A stretch of DNA of 64,000 bases from Clostridioides phage LIBA2945, in sequence record MF547663.1. One strand, 5' to 3'. The notes below the pieces were generated by a model. The model did not search any database and was not told the DNA's origin. It worked only from the letters and a program-made list of their open reading frames with translations. A program made the translations under genes and the position numbers. This document shows positions 21,233 through 32,440 of the stretch, one piece after another; positions within the stretch are counted from its first letter, which is position 1; the number at the start of each line of letters is the position of its first letter.

Positions 21233-21257
21233 AATTATTTTTCTCCTATTAAAATAT

Positions 21258-21440
21258 TTATTTTAATTCTATTACTACCTTGTCACCTTCATCATTAGTT
21301 ACAGTTAATTCATATCTTAATTTTATCCAATCTTGAATGCCTCTAAGTATACCATCCTCATCAAAAAATGTTACATACTTTAAGTCGCTTGATGGATGCT
21401 CCTTATTAGTCCTCATATCATAAGCCATTGTCTTAATCAT
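21258..21440 (-). CDS. hypothetical protein
   Basis: ORF. Confidence 0.3.
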   Translation of the reverse strand: MIKTMAYDMRTNKEHPSSDLKYVTFFDEDGILRGIQDWIKLRYELTVTNDEGDKVVIELK

Positions 21441-21654
21441 TAGTACCTCCTTTAAATTTAACTTCCTCCTGATTTAACAATTCTTTTAGCAATTTATTAT
21501 ATAGTTCTCTACTTATATACTTAAATTCTGGTTTCCCTCCTATTTGCCTAAGACCTATACTATAACTATCTGTTTTTATATCATTAACTAACGTAACTTG
21601 TAAGTTACCATTTTTTAATATAACATTTCTTTCAAAATCCATAGCTCCCTCCAA
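21433..21654 (-). CDS. hypothetical protein
   Basis: ORF. Confidence 0.3.
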   Translation of the reverse strand: MEGAMDFERNVILKNGNLQVTLVNDIKTDSYSIGLRQIGGKPEFKYISRELYNKLLKELLNQEEVKFKGGTND

Positions 21655-21862
21655 TTAAATATTATTTTACTCTTTCATTATACTTACCTCTTAGGTAATG
21701 TAAATCTTTCCATGCCCTATCAAACTTACTATCTCTTTTAAATATGTATTTTCCTTCTTCATTTTTTGTATATTCAAATCCTAACCAGACTAAAAAATCA
21801 GCAACATTTCTATAATTAACAATTCTTGTCTTTTCCATTTTATAATTCTTCCTCCAATTTGT

Positions 21863-22093
21863 TTATTCTGCATCATATATTTTCATATCAATTTTATTTG
21901 TCTTAGGATGTACTTTTTCAAAATCTGTATCTATTTCAAATTTAGGTCTAAAATCACCATCTCCATCTGAGTAAATACCTACTATTTTACTAGAACCTAC
22001 ATCTCCTAAATTTTCCATCATTTTAAGCATAGAACAAAAATCATTAATCCATCTTTCTTCCATTTTAATTTTTATTGTTATTTCTTTTTCCAT
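21863..22093 (-). CDS. hypothetical protein
   Basis: ORF. Confidence 0.3.
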   Translation of the reverse strand: MEKEITIKIKMEERWINDFCSMLKMMENLGDVGSSKIVGIYSDGDGDFRPKFEIDTDFEKVHPKTNKIDMKIYDAE

Positions 22094-22110
22094 AATATAC
22101 TCCTTCTTTT

Positions 22111-22473
22111 TTAAAAACGTTTCTTTCTATATGATTTAATGTTTAATCCATAATATTCATCAACTGTAGTTATGCTTTTATAATCATCTCTATTTTTTAC
22201 TTCATTTAATAATTCAATTATAGTTGACATATCCTTATATGTTAATTTAGAGTTTATATTCCAATCATGAAATAAGTTATTTATAGATTCAATATGCATG
22301 TTTCGTATATCTATTGTATCTCTTCTTTTATTTTCTTCAATTATCTCAATTATTTTAGCAGTACATTTTTCGCATACTGGAGTAGAAACAAATAACTTAT
22401 CATATACATCACATTTATTACTATTTGTTTTACAAAATGCACATTCTTCCCATTCTTCACTATAATGTCCCAT
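22111..22473 (-). CDS. hypothetical zinc-finger protein
   Basis: CAFCK...CEKC. Confidence 0.3.
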   Translation of the reverse strand: MGHYSEEWEECAFCKTNSNKCDVYDKLFVSTPVCEKCTAKIIEIIEENKRRDTIDIRNMHIESINNLFHDWNINSKLTYKDMSTIIELLNEVKNRDDYKSITTVDEYYGLNIKSYRKKRF

Positions 22474-23209
22474 TTAATCATCTCCTTAATTATTTTTTAT
22501 ATTCCCATTCATCAAATTCTTCTTTATCTTCATAAGCACACATTTCTGACCAACCACAATCACAATGTAGTGGTTCATAGCAAAATCCTACGCCTACATC
22601 TATACCATCTGCATAAGCAATCCCTCCACATCTAAAACTCATACACATCACTCCTTCTTAATTTTATTTAAATCTTTGAATCTTAATATCTTGTCTTAGA
22701 TGTTCTACCATATTGACTATTTCTTTTTCTGAATATTCCTTTCCATATATTGTATCCATATAAAATTGAAATTGCTCTTTGTCATAATGAACAAATCCTA
22801 TCATATACATTATTAAACCTATCTGACTATCATCTAATCTCATAATTACTCCTATATAACAAAATCTTAATTCTAATCATTTATATAATTAAATTATATT
22901 TTAATATTTTTTGTCATATACAATTCCCACCTCCACCATATATTTCTTTTATTTCACTTATTTTCACTCAATATATATACTCTTTCATATTGTCCTCATT
23001 TCTTTATTATTGTAATATCATTTAAATCGATTTTACATGTATTTAAACTCTTCATATAAGAAACTATAGGTTCTACTATATTCTCAATGTCTTCATATTA
23101 GACTCTAACTATATCGCAATTATCATTTTCTTCATTATCTATAAATTCAACATAAATTAATTAGGCATATCTTTTTTTATCCTTTTGATTTTATTTAAAT
23201 AACAAGATT

Positions 23210-24463
23210 CTAATTGCTTTTAAAATTATAAATTGGCTTTAACACCTCCATTATCTCAATAGTATCTCCTATATTGTTTAAGATGTCCTCTATAGGTTTG
23301 TATGCTTGTGGTGCTTCATCTAGTGTTGATTGACCTACGCAAGTTGTAAATATTTCTTTCATAGATTCTTCAAATTCATCTAAAGATATTTTTTCTTTAG
23401 CTTTTCCTCTTGATAAAATTCTTCCTGCTCCATGTGGTGCTGAATAATTCCACTCAGAATTACCTTTACCTTTTCCTAATATAATCCCATCTCTCATGTT
23501 TACTGGAATTATTACTGTTTCATCTTTATTTGCAGAAATTGCTCCTTTTCTAAGTATTTTACTATCCATATCTATATAGTTATGAATACATTCTATAACA
23601 TCACATTTAATATCTCTTATAAAATGGTCATAATTTACATCTAGGCTGTTATATTTAAACAATATATCCGCAATTATAACCATTCTATTTGCAACAGCGT
23701 ATTTTTGAGCTATACTCATATCATGTAAATAATCTTCCATTAAATCATTTTCTAAATAACATAAATCATCATGTGGCTTATTCAATTTTCTATCACTAAG
23801 GTCTTTCAAATATTTATTTATCAAATGTTCTTTATTGTCTTTTTTTAGAGTAGATATTAAAAACTCTTTTGCATCATCATATGACTTTTTATATTTTTCA
23901 ATACAATATTTTATAGCTTTGTCTTGGTAATAATCAGCTATTTGTTTTCCTAAATTTCTTGAACCTGTATGAACAGTAAGATACATTTGACCTTTTTCAC
24001 TTTTATCAACTTCTATAAAGTGATTGCCTCCACCTAAAGTTCCTAACGACATATATGCTCTATTTTTATTCACCTCGCATCTAAGATTATTTATGTCTAT
24101 ATTAAATAAATTCTTTAATAGTTTTTCTCTTGACTTATTATGTATTTTAAATCCATGAGGAATATAATCTCTTATAATCTTATCTAATTTTGTATAATTT
24201 ATATTATTAATATATTTTTCTAATGGAATAGTAGCCATTCCACAACCTATATCCACCCCTACCAGATTTGGCACTACTTTATTACTTATAGTCATTGTCG
24301 TTCCTATTGTACATCCTTTACCAGCATGACAATCAGGCATAATTCTTATACTAGATTCTTTAAATTCCTTTTGATTACATAAATTTATTATTTGACTTAT
24401 TGTTGTACTATCTACATTATCTGTAAATATTTTTGCTTTATTATATTTTCCTTTAATTTCCAT
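23210..24463 (-). CDS. rtcB: RtcB-family RNA (3'-phosphate/2',3'-cyclic phosphate) ligase
   Basis: RtcB signature blocks MPDCHAGKG, GVDIGCGM, GGGNHFIEV, HTGSRNLG, APHGAGR; 417 aa. Confidence 0.85.
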   Translation of the reverse strand: MEIKGKYNKAKIFTDNVDSTTISQIINLCNQKEFKESSIRIMPDCHAGKGCTIGTTMTISNKVVPNLVGVDIGCGMATIPLEKYINNINYTKLDKIIRDYIPHGFKIHNKSREKLLKNLFNIDINNLRCEVNKNRAYMSLGTLGGGNHFIEVDKSEKGQMYLTVHTGSRNLGKQIADYYQDKAIKYCIEKYKKSYDDAKEFLISTLKKDNKEHLINKYLKDLSDRKLNKPHDDLCYLENDLMEDYLHDMSIAQKYAVANRMVIIADILFKYNSLDVNYDHFIRDIKCDVIECIHNYIDMDSKILRKGAISANKDETVIIPVNMRDGIILGKGKGNSEWNYSAPHGAGRILSRGKAKEKISLDEFEESMKEIFTTCVGQSTLDEAPQAYKPIEDILNNIGDTIEIMEVLKPIYNFKSN

Positions 24464-24515
24464 TTATTCTCCTTCCAATCCTTTTTTAACATATCTACAC
24501 TCCTTTAATAATCTT

Positions 24516-24947
24516 TTAAGATATCTCGACCCCCTTTAAAATAAATTCGGATTTATCATCGCTTAAACTAATGTACCAATTATCATATTTCTCTTTAATA
24601 TGACAATTGTCATACCATAGTATTTTTCCTATAACTTGGTTATCTACTATTGCTACATCCATTATAATTCCTACAACTTCATCTTTATAAAAATCATTTA
24701 CTCTATCAGCATCTCTATAATCTGATAATTCTTGATTTGGATTATATATAACTGGTGCATTTTTAAAAGTATGTATAGATTTTTCAACCATAGCTTTAGT
24801 TATTTCTATATTATGGCCTTTGGATATATCCATAACAATCATATTTGTGCTTACATAATTAGTATTAATATTCATCATATTCTCCTTTTTAATTTTATTT
24901 AAATAGTAAAACTCCATGAAAAGGCTTATATTCTTTTTTATATACAT
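24516..24947 (-). CDS. hypothetical protein
   Basis: ORF. Confidence 0.3.
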   Translation of the reverse strand: MYIKKNISLFMEFYYLNKIKKENMMNINTNYVSTNMIVMDISKGHNIEITKAMVEKSIHTFKNAPVIYNPNQELSDYRDADRVNDFYKDEVVGIIMDVAIVDNQVIGKILWYDNCHIKEKYDNWYISLSDDKSEFILKGVEIS

Positions 24948-25362
24948 TCATAAAAAGTAAGACTAGTTTTATTTGCTCTGTAATGAAATTTTGGATAGTT
25001 TTATTTGAAGTGTTTACATCTACTATTACACATTCACCCCTGTACCCTCTCAACTCCTGATAATTTATATCCCTATCAAATATTAAAAATTTTATTAATC
25101 TATCTGTGTTAAGAACTTTTAACTCTATTTCTATATTGTGTTTGATTCTATTTCTATGCTTTATTAGAGTATATTTATTTTTTATAGCTGCTCTTATTAA
25201 TTCTTTGTAGACAAGTTGTTTGTTTGTAGTAAAAATTATTATTGTTTCTCCTTGTTTAATATCATCTTCATGAGTTTCGTTAGAAAAACTATTTATCAAT
25301 GTATCATAAATATTTTCATTGTTGTATTTGAATATTTCTTTATTTATTATCATATCAAACAT
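24895..25362 (-). CDS. hypothetical protein
   Basis: ORF. Confidence 0.3.
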   Translation of the reverse strand: MFDMIINKEIFKYNNENIYDTLINSFSNETHEDDIKQGETIIIFTTNKQLVYKELIRAAIKNKYTLIKHRNRIKHNIEIELKVLNTDRLIKFLIFDRDINYQELRGYRGECVIVDVNTSNKTIQNFITEQIKLVLLFMNVYKKEYKPFHGVLLFK

Positions 25363-25553
25363 GTTTTATCTAAGCTCCTTTCTTGTAAAATCTAAACTAT
25401 TTATTCTTGTCAAATTTACCATCAATAGCTATTTCTCACTTTTTCATTTCAAATTATAATACTATAAAAATAACTCCTAGTATTATAATTTCATATTAAT
25501 AATATAAGTCAATTTACACTTATATTATTAATGTGCTCATTTTTAATTAAATC

Positions 25554-25916
25554 CTATTCTTCTAAAATCATCAAATTATCTATGTAATTCTCAAAATCAA
25601 TACTTTCACTACTTAATTTTTCCCCACATAAGAAACAATATTTAAATGGTATTCCTCCTGCAAATCTATCCACATTTAACTTTATATTTTGATTTGAATC
25701 TTTGACAATTAGATTGTGTTCTACTGATAAATTTATATTCCCTTCTTTAAATTTATAAAAACTAATATCAAAATACTCTTCCTGGTCTAAAAGTTCTGTA
25801 CTCTCATAAGTAGTATCTTTTCCTTTGATTCCTACAGAAGAAATTCTTACTCTTCTAGTTTCATGTTTTTTCATATCTTTTATACTGTCACAAAATTTAC
25901 ACATATTTACCTCCAA
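25554..25916 (-). CDS. hypothetical zinc-ribbon protein
   Basis: CKFCD...CFLCGEKL. Confidence 0.3.
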   Translation of the reverse strand: MEVNMCKFCDSIKDMKKHETRRVRISSVGIKGKDTTYESTELLDQEEYFDISFYKFKEGNINLSVEHNLIVKDSNQNIKLNVDRFAGGIPFKYCFLCGEKLSSESIDFENYIDNLMILEE

Positions 25917-26034
25917 CTAATAATTATATCACCCTTTTACTTATATTCATTTTAGCATATTCCAAAACTTTTATTATAAAACTAGCACTAAATTTTCTAT
26001 TGATATTAAATCCTGTATTTTAACTTGTTATTTG

Positions 26035-26316
26035 TTATCCCTTTATTAAATCCTGTACGTCTACAGCCACCGAACCTTTTCTTTCGAGTTTTATAAAATT
26101 TTCCATTAGTATTTCAGGAAGTATATTCTCCCCATACTCTTCTTTTATTTTATCTTTTATTAAATTTATAATATATTCCTCCATTTCTTTATCTGTCATA
26201 TTAAGATATTTATCCAGGTCATAAATGACGAGTTGTTCTATATCTCTTCGATAATGGCATAGTATATCTTTTAAAAATATTTTTTTTATTATCTTAATTC
26301 TTTTTTCATAAATCAA
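26035..26316 (-). CDS. hypothetical protein
   Basis: ORF. Confidence 0.3.
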   Translation of the reverse strand: MIYEKRIKIIKKIFLKDILCHYRRDIEQLVIYDLDKYLNMTDKEMEEYIINLIKDKIKEEYGENILPEILMENFIKLERKGSVAVDVQDLIKG

Positions 26317-26476
26317 TAATTCTAAATTAAAATATGTTCTTTTTTCTTTGATTCTTATTTCATATTCAAAAATTCTTTCTAATGGTTTTATTGATTCGTT
26401 ATTTTTTATATATTTTGACTTTATTAATTTCTTAAAAGAGTTAATTATATTTGCTCATCTCCTTCCATTTTAAGTT

Positions 26477-26923
26477 TTATATTCCATACATATTAAAACT
26501 AAATTCTACCCCTTCATCATCCTCAAATTCTTCATTGAAGACTTCTTCTACTGTTTTATCCTTAGAGATAACTATATGTAAATAACCTCGTTTACTAATA
26601 AAAGAAGTTTGATAAAGATTATCTAAACCCAAGAAATCCCCTTCTTGTTTATAAGGTACATATATATCCTCCACACTTCCGTCTTCGTATTCTATCTTTA
26701 CATTTGTAATATCCTTATAATCATGCAATCTTTGAATTTCATCAACACGTTTATGTATTTGTATATGTAAATAATCTGCCTGTTTGCATTTACCTATATA
26801 ACTCAAAGTAAATCCTCCAATAATTTCATGTATATTATCTAAATAAAAACCTCCTACATCTCCAATACCCAACTCTACATTCTCTAAGTTATCTAATCCT
26901 AAAATTATTTTCTTTATTTTCAT
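26477..26923 (-). CDS. hypothetical protein
   Basis: ORF. Confidence 0.3.
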   Translation of the reverse strand: MKIKKIILGLDNLENVELGIGDVGGFYLDNIHEIIGGFTLSYIGKCKQADYLHIQIHKRVDEIQRLHDYKDITNVKIEYEDGSVEDIYVPYKQEGDFLGLDNLYQTSFISKRGYLHIVISKDKTVEEVFNEEFEDDEGVEFSFNMYGI

Positions 26924-27120
26924 AACTCATTCCTCCATTAATTAAACTCTTAAAAATTATTGATGACGTCACACTTAGAGCATTTCCATCGTTTCTTTAA
27001 TTTATAATTATCAAAATAAGAATTAAAATATCCTACAAATTCTTGAAATTCTATCCTTTCACATTGATAACACCATACTTTTACTACATCACCTTTAGAA
27101 TACATTTATTGTCTTTCTCC

Positions 27121-27501
27121 TTAATATAATCTCAATCTTTTAATTGTAGATGGTATTTCATCCTCATTAAATATTCCTAAGTTAACACATGTTATGCTAT
27201 TTTTAGGAATTTCTGTTAATCCTCTATCCACTATAGTTAAATAACCTTTTTCTTTAAATTTTAATAATTGTGCCTCTTTAGCTTTCAATATACATATTGT
27301 ATCCCCATTATTCTTAAATGACGTTAAATCACATTTTAAATCTATTAATTCATGTGCTATTGTTTCTGTTTCATAAGAGCAAGAAACAGTGTCTAAAATT
27401 TTGTCATACAAATAATCATAAACTGCATGTGCAACTTGTGCTCCAACTTTGCCTGGACTCATATTTAAGTCTGAATTAATTGCTATGTACATTTTTTTCA
27501 T
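27121..27501 (-). CDS. PTH2-family (archaeal/eukaryotic type) peptidyl-tRNA hydrolase
   Basis: GKVGAQVAHAV and IVDRGLTEIPKNSITCVNLG match the PTH2 blocks GK.AAQ..HA / .DAGLT......T.LGIGP; 126 aa. Confidence 0.65.
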   Translation of the reverse strand: MKKMYIAINSDLNMSPGKVGAQVAHAVYDYLYDKILDTVSCSYETETIAHELIDLKCDLTSFKNNGDTICILKAKEAQLLKFKEKGYLTIVDRGLTEIPKNSITCVNLGIFNEDEIPSTIKRLRLY

Positions 27502-27536
27502 TATTATAAACCTCCAAATAAATTAAAATTATTATC

Positions 27537-28013
27537 TTAATACCAATACATAATAATTAAACTATGTTTTTCAAAATCAATTATGTTTAACATTTTTTGA
27601 AATTCTTTTAATACTAAATCCCAAAACTCCTGTGTATACCTATCATCAACTGTTACTTTTTTATCATTTTTATAATAATACTCTTTATCCTTATTGTATA
27701 TCTTAGAATTTATATCTTTTTGTTTAAGAAAAGGAATTATATAATCTTCCAAATCTTCCTTTGTAATAAGTATGGCTTCATCTTCATAACTTTCATAACC
27801 TTTTTCCCATTTGGCTTTATATATCATACGAATAACTGACCAATCTTCTAAAGATATATCAATATCTAATAATTCTTCAAACTTATAAAACTCTTCTTCA
27901 TCATTATTCAATTCCTTATATTTCTCACCTCTTGTTTTATTTAAATAAGTATCTAAATCTGTAACTTTTGTTTTTACTGAATAAAAACCTAAATCTAATC
28001 CCATATGTATCAC
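27537..28013 (-). CDS. hypothetical protein
   Basis: ORF. Confidence 0.3.
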   Translation of the reverse strand: MIHMGLDLGFYSVKTKVTDLDTYLNKTRGEKYKELNNDEEEFYKFEELLDIDISLEDWSVIRMIYKAKWEKGYESYEDEAILITKEDLEDYIIPFLKQKDINSKIYNKDKEYYYKNDKKVTVDDRYTQEFWDLVLKEFQKMLNIIDFEKHSLIIMYWY

Positions 28014-28129
28014 CTCGCTAATTAAAACTGTTTTAATTAGATTCTAAATTCACTTTTTCTTTTATGATGTTTAATAAAGGTTTATAATTATCAATACCTA
28101 TTGCTCTCATTACTCCATTATCTACATGT

Positions 28130-28474
28130 TTAATATATTTCATTAAATACCTCACTTATTATTTTTAATTCATCACAATCATGCTCATTTTCTAATTTAT
28201 TTTTTATAAATTCTGCTACCTCCTCTTCTTTTAACTTTTCTATATCTTCTTGATGATTTAAGATAACCTTCATAATAGATGACAAAGACATCCCATAATC
28301 ATACATCGACTCATCTCTTATAATATCCTTCTTTTTATTCTTATATATTATCATTAAGTCTGTTGTATAGCAGCTGCCATAGTCACACGTTTCACATCCA
28401 CTCGAATATTCTTGCTCTGTTGTTATGTCTATTATTGCTCCATTCGTTAACTGTATTAATACCTTATCATCCAT
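28130..28474 (-). CDS. hypothetical protein
   Basis: ORF. Confidence 0.3.
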   Translation of the reverse strand: MDDKVLIQLTNGAIIDITTEQEYSSGCETCDYGSCYTTDLMIIYKNKKKDIIRDESMYDYGMSLSSIMKVILNHQEDIEKLKEEEVAEFIKNKLENEHDCDELKIISEVFNEIY

Positions 28475-28574
28475 ATTTATTAATTCTCCTTTTTAATTTT
28501 ATTTATTTAAAACTGTTATTTTATTTAAATTTCATTTGACTGTAAATACTCAAGATTTATAATATCTAATGATT

Positions 28575-28859
28575 TTAATATTCAACTTTATACTCACCAG
28601 ATATTTCAATACCTTCATTTTTTAAAATAATATTTCCATCTACAAAAACTGTTATTGTAACATTTTCTAATTCTACTTCCCCACTGCTTAATTTACCTTC
28701 AATAGAAACACAATACGTTCCCTCTTTAAGTATCTTAAAAACTTTTTTAAGTATTTCTCTTTTATCCTCATTTTCTAGAATTAAGTTAAATTTAACATTA
28801 TGTTTCTTAGATGGATAAATTATAAGATTAATTCTATCTTCTATTTTATATTCAGTCAT
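28575..28859 (-). CDS. hypothetical protein
   Basis: ORF. Confidence 0.3.
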   Translation of the reverse strand: MTEYKIEDRINLIIYPSKKHNVKFNLILENEDKREILKKVFKILKEGTYCVSIEGKLSSGEVELENVTITVFVDGNIILKNEGIEISGEYKVEY

Positions 28860-28893
28860 TCAAACCTCCTTTTGATATAACACTATAGCTATT

Positions 28894-29262
28894 TTATTCA
28901 TTTATAATATTTAATTTGGATAGATTTATTTTATATTTATCTAAATAAGAATTTCCTTTGACCACATCAACTGCTTCATACCATAAATAATCTATATCTT
29001 CTTCAGATATTTTTAATTGTTCAATAGACTCTTCTTTCATTCTATCCATCCAGTTCTTAGCTTCTTTTTCTGTACAAACCCTATGCATATACACATGTAT
29101 AAATTCGCCTTTACAAATTAATTCTTCTGCGATGTAATATAACCTTACTTCTTTATCATCTAAATCTTGTTTATTTTCTGATTCTTCCAAAGCTGATATT
29201 AGTCTTTCTGCTGCTTTCTCATCTTTTATATCTATATTTTTTAATATAGTTTTTGTAGACAT
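28894..29262 (-). CDS. hypothetical protein
   Basis: ORF. Confidence 0.3.
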   Translation of the reverse strand: MSTKTILKNIDIKDEKAAERLISALEESENKQDLDDKEVRLYYIAEELICKGEFIHVYMHRVCTEKEAKNWMDRMKEESIEQLKISEEDIDYLWYEAVDVVKGNSYLDKYKINLSKLNIINE

Positions 29263-29282
29263 GGTTTCTCTCCTTATTATAT

Positions 29283-29819
29283 TTATTTTTTAATCCAACC
29301 TTCTGGATAATCATTTCTTAAAACTCTTAACCCTAATACTTGTTGAGCTTGATGTATAGCATTTTGAAAATCTCTTAACTCAGAAGGATGCTGTCTTTTT
29401 AATTTGCAAAATCCATTCCATGCATTTATCAAATTGTCCATAACCACTCCTTCTTCATAATTTAATCCATCAAGTCTTTTTCCTTCTCTATTACCATTCA
29501 TTGTTATTGTAATCCCATTTAAATCTAAACTATTTTTATTTAAACTTTTTATGTAATGTATTATGGGTTTTACTACATCTTCAATATCTGCATTTACCTT
29601 TCTAAGTAAACTATAATCACCACAATCATATTCAACATAAGCTAATTGGTTTGTATCACTATCAAAACCTAATGATAATTCTGTTTTACTAGCTATAGGT
29701 ATTAAATCTCTTTTGCAATTAGGACATACTATTACATCTTCATTTAAGAAATAATAGTATTCTTGTAATGTTTCTTCTACATTGAAGTATTTATTACAAT
29801 TCTCACACCAAAACCTCAC
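29283..29819 (-). CDS. hypothetical protein with N-terminal zinc ribbon
   Basis: CENCNKYF...CPNCKR. Confidence 0.3.
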   Translation of the reverse strand: MRFWCENCNKYFNVEETLQEYYYFLNEDVIVCPNCKRDLIPIASKTELSLGFDSDTNQLAYVEYDCGDYSLLRKVNADIEDVVKPIIHYIKSLNKNSLDLNGITITMNGNREGKRLDGLNYEEGVVMDNLINAWNGFCKLKRQHPSELRDFQNAIHQAQQVLGLRVLRNDYPEGWIKK

Positions 29820-29838
29820 AGTATCACTCCTTTTATAT

Positions 29839-30234
29839 TTATAACATAGACTCTATTTTATTTATCTCTAATTCAACCTTCTTTTCATTAGATAATAATT
29901 CCATTAATTTTATTTCCATCTCTTCAAGTTTACTTCTTTCCTCATTTATAGTTAATATATCTAATTTACTTTTTATATCATCTATCCAATCTTGTACATC
30001 ATAACCACTCATTACAAGATTGAAGCCTAAATTTTTAGATGACATATTATAAGAATGTAACATAGATGCTAATAATATTAATTCATCTTTTTTTAGTACT
30101 TGTATATTAATTTTCTTATTATTCCAATTCAATATACAATTAGTTTTTGGTGTAAATTTTTTTATTGAATCTAACTTTTCTTTTTTTAATTTTATTTGTT
30201 CTTTTAAAGTTATTATTTTATTATCACTATTCAT
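29839..30234 (-). CDS. hypothetical coiled-coil protein
   Basis: ORF. Confidence 0.3.
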   Translation of the reverse strand: MNSDNKIITLKEQIKLKKEKLDSIKKFTPKTNCILNWNNKKINIQVLKKDELILLASMLHSYNMSSKNLGFNLVMSGYDVQDWIDDIKSKLDILTINEERSKLEEMEIKLMELLSNEKKVELEINKIESML

Positions 30235-30237
30235 TAA

Positions 30238-31248
30238 TTATTTCCCCTCTCTATATAATCTTCCATTTAATAAATATGTGTTTAAATATTGTGGTCTTAT
30301 TTTGTTATATAATTCTTCTAAATTGTTATATTTTTCTTCTCTATAACCATAAGTATAGAGTGTGCTACGTCCTTTTAAATATTTAATTCTACCATCAGAA
30401 TATATTCTTACTTTTTCTCTATTTGCATAAAATTCAATTCCCCAACATGTTTTATCATCTTTCATTTTTTCTTTAAATTCTTCTAATGAATACTCTATAT
30501 ATTCATTTTTGGATTCATCTATTGGTGAATAAAAATAACTTCCTTCCATTTTATGAAATATATCAGCGTAATTTTCATGACAATCACTATCTATAATACT
30601 TATTAACTTATTTAGTACACTTCTAAATTGTTCAAAATCATCCCTCTCAACATTATAAAACCAATGATATTTACCTGTACATTTTTTACCATACAAACTA
30701 TAATAATCAAATTTCCCAATGTAAATAAAAGTTTGATTTTGTTTAGTTCTATATGTTGCCCCAATAATTAAATCTTTTGCTTTTATAATTTGTTTATTAT
30801 GTAATATCTTATTAAATTCGGTGATTTCTTTATAATCTGGAGATGATATTGGTATTAGTATTAAATCCTTACCATCCCATCCATATACAAATTCTCCCTC
30901 TAATCCTTTTCCTTTTATAGAGCTTGTATTTTCTAATATATATAATAAATTTTCTACTGTTATTTCAAATTCAAATCCTCTTGAATCATAAATCCTAACA
31001 TAAGTTTGTCTATGATTCCATCCTGTATTATAACCACCTATTTTTTTATTTAATACAAATCCTGACATTGGAGTATTTTTATATATTAAAGGTTCTATAT
31101 TTTTATCTCTCCAAGAATTCCAAGATTGTTCTTTTCTCAATTTTCCATTTTCATCCTTATATATTACATAAGCAAGTTTACCTGTATAAGTCCCATTTCT
31201 ATTTTGGAATCCTATAATTATTTCTTTAGGTATAAATATATTATTCAT
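30238..31248 (-). CDS. hypothetical protein
   Basis: 336-aa ORF. Confidence 0.35.
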   Translation of the reverse strand: MNNIFIPKEIIIGFQNRNGTYTGKLAYVIYKDENGKLRKEQSWNSWRDKNIEPLIYKNTPMSGFVLNKKIGGYNTGWNHRQTYVRIYDSRGFEFEITVENLLYILENTSSIKGKGLEGEFVYGWDGKDLILIPISSPDYKEITEFNKILHNKQIIKAKDLIIGATYRTKQNQTFIYIGKFDYYSLYGKKCTGKYHWFYNVERDDFEQFRSVLNKLISIIDSDCHENYADIFHKMEGSYFYSPIDESKNEYIEYSLEEFKEKMKDDKTCWGIEFYANREKVRIYSDGRIKYLKGRSTLYTYGYREEKYNNLEELYNKIRPQYLNTYLLNGRLYREGK

Positions 31249-31259
31249 AGCATCCCTTT

Positions 31260-31448
31260 CTATATAGAATTACTTAATAATCCTAGTTTTTCTAATATAC
31301 TTATTCTCGCACTTTCAAGTTCGCATTCTTCACAATCTTTTCTTGAATTTCGCATTTCATCATAAGCGCATCCTCTCTTGCAAGGGTTTGATGACAGATA
31401 AGCATCTATAGCTCTTATTTCGTTTTGATTTAGCTCTATTGTTTTCAT
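31260..31448 (-). CDS. hypothetical cysteine-rich protein
   Basis: CKRGC...CEEC. Confidence 0.3.
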   Translation of the reverse strand: MKTIELNQNEIRAIDAYLSSNPCKRGCAYDEMRNSRKDCEECELESARISILEKLGLLSNSI

Positions 31449-31469
31449 AAATCGCTCCTAAATACTTTT

Positions 31470-32072
31470 TTAATTCATACATTCTAACATTTCTTTTCTA
31501 TATATACTGCTATAAACTATTTTCTTTGCTATTATCTCCATTTCTGATTTAGCTTGTTTTTCTTTATAAGAAAATGTATTAATATACTCACTAAGTACTT
31601 TTAAACTTTCATTCATAGTATCTAAAGTCTCTTTTAGTGTTTCTATTTCAGATGTCAATCCTTCTCTTTCAGCTAATAATTTGTCCTTTTCAGATGATAT
31701 TTCATCCATTATATTAATATATTCTTTTTCGGTTTTGTCTAACTTTTTCAATAAATTTTCAATTATCATTAAGTCAGTTTCTCTATCAATTCCATATTCA
31801 ACTCTATACAATGTTATTATTTTTGTATCTCTCAAATCTGTTATTAGTATGATATTGTCAACTAGCCTAAAATTTGTTTCAGTATATTTATCATTAAATC
31901 TTCCTGTGTAAATCAATCTACTTTGTTCAAACATCTTATTTAAATCTTTTTGATATTGGTCTTTGTTTAAATTTAGATTCTGCTCTACACAATTTTTCTC
32001 ACACTCTTTAATTCTCTCTATATATCTTCTTAGTGCATGGTTAGTTACATTTATCATTTTATCTTCTCCCAA
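31470..32072 (-). CDS. hypothetical protein
   Basis: ORF. Confidence 0.3.
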   Translation of the reverse strand: MGEDKMINVTNHALRRYIERIKECEKNCVEQNLNLNKDQYQKDLNKMFEQSRLIYTGRFNDKYTETNFRLVDNIILITDLRDTKIITLYRVEYGIDRETDLMIIENLLKKLDKTEKEYINIMDEISSEKDKLLAEREGLTSEIETLKETLDTMNESLKVLSEYINTFSYKEKQAKSEMEIIAKKIVYSSIYRKEMLECMN

Positions 32073-32254
32073 TCTACAAATTTATGAATATTAAAATTTA
32101 AATCTATATAATATAAATCATATTGTTCAATATTTTTATTTTTAAGTGTTAACGAAGCTCTCAAGCCTCCTAATGTCTTGAAACCAATTCTATTACCATT
32201 ACCTATATAAAAATCTTCCATATCTTTATTTTTCGCAAAATAAATCCTATTCAT
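32054..32254 (-). CDS. hypothetical protein
   Basis: ORF preceded by two copies of the recurrent upstream motif. Confidence 0.3.
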   Translation of the reverse strand: MNRIYFAKNKDMEDFYIGNGNRIGFKTLGGLRASLTLKNKNIEQYDLYYIDLNFNIHKFVDWEKIK

Positions 32255-32440
32255 ACATTTATACCTCTATTATTTTGTATTTTATTTAGTTTATATCTTT
32301 AACATATTGTATTTAGTTCCTCTTCCTTATTTATAATAATAACATAACTTTTCATTTATTTCAATAGTTATTTTGTATTTTATTTAGTTTATAATTTTAT
32401 TATTTATATTCGCATGATTAAATACTTTGTGTATATCTTT

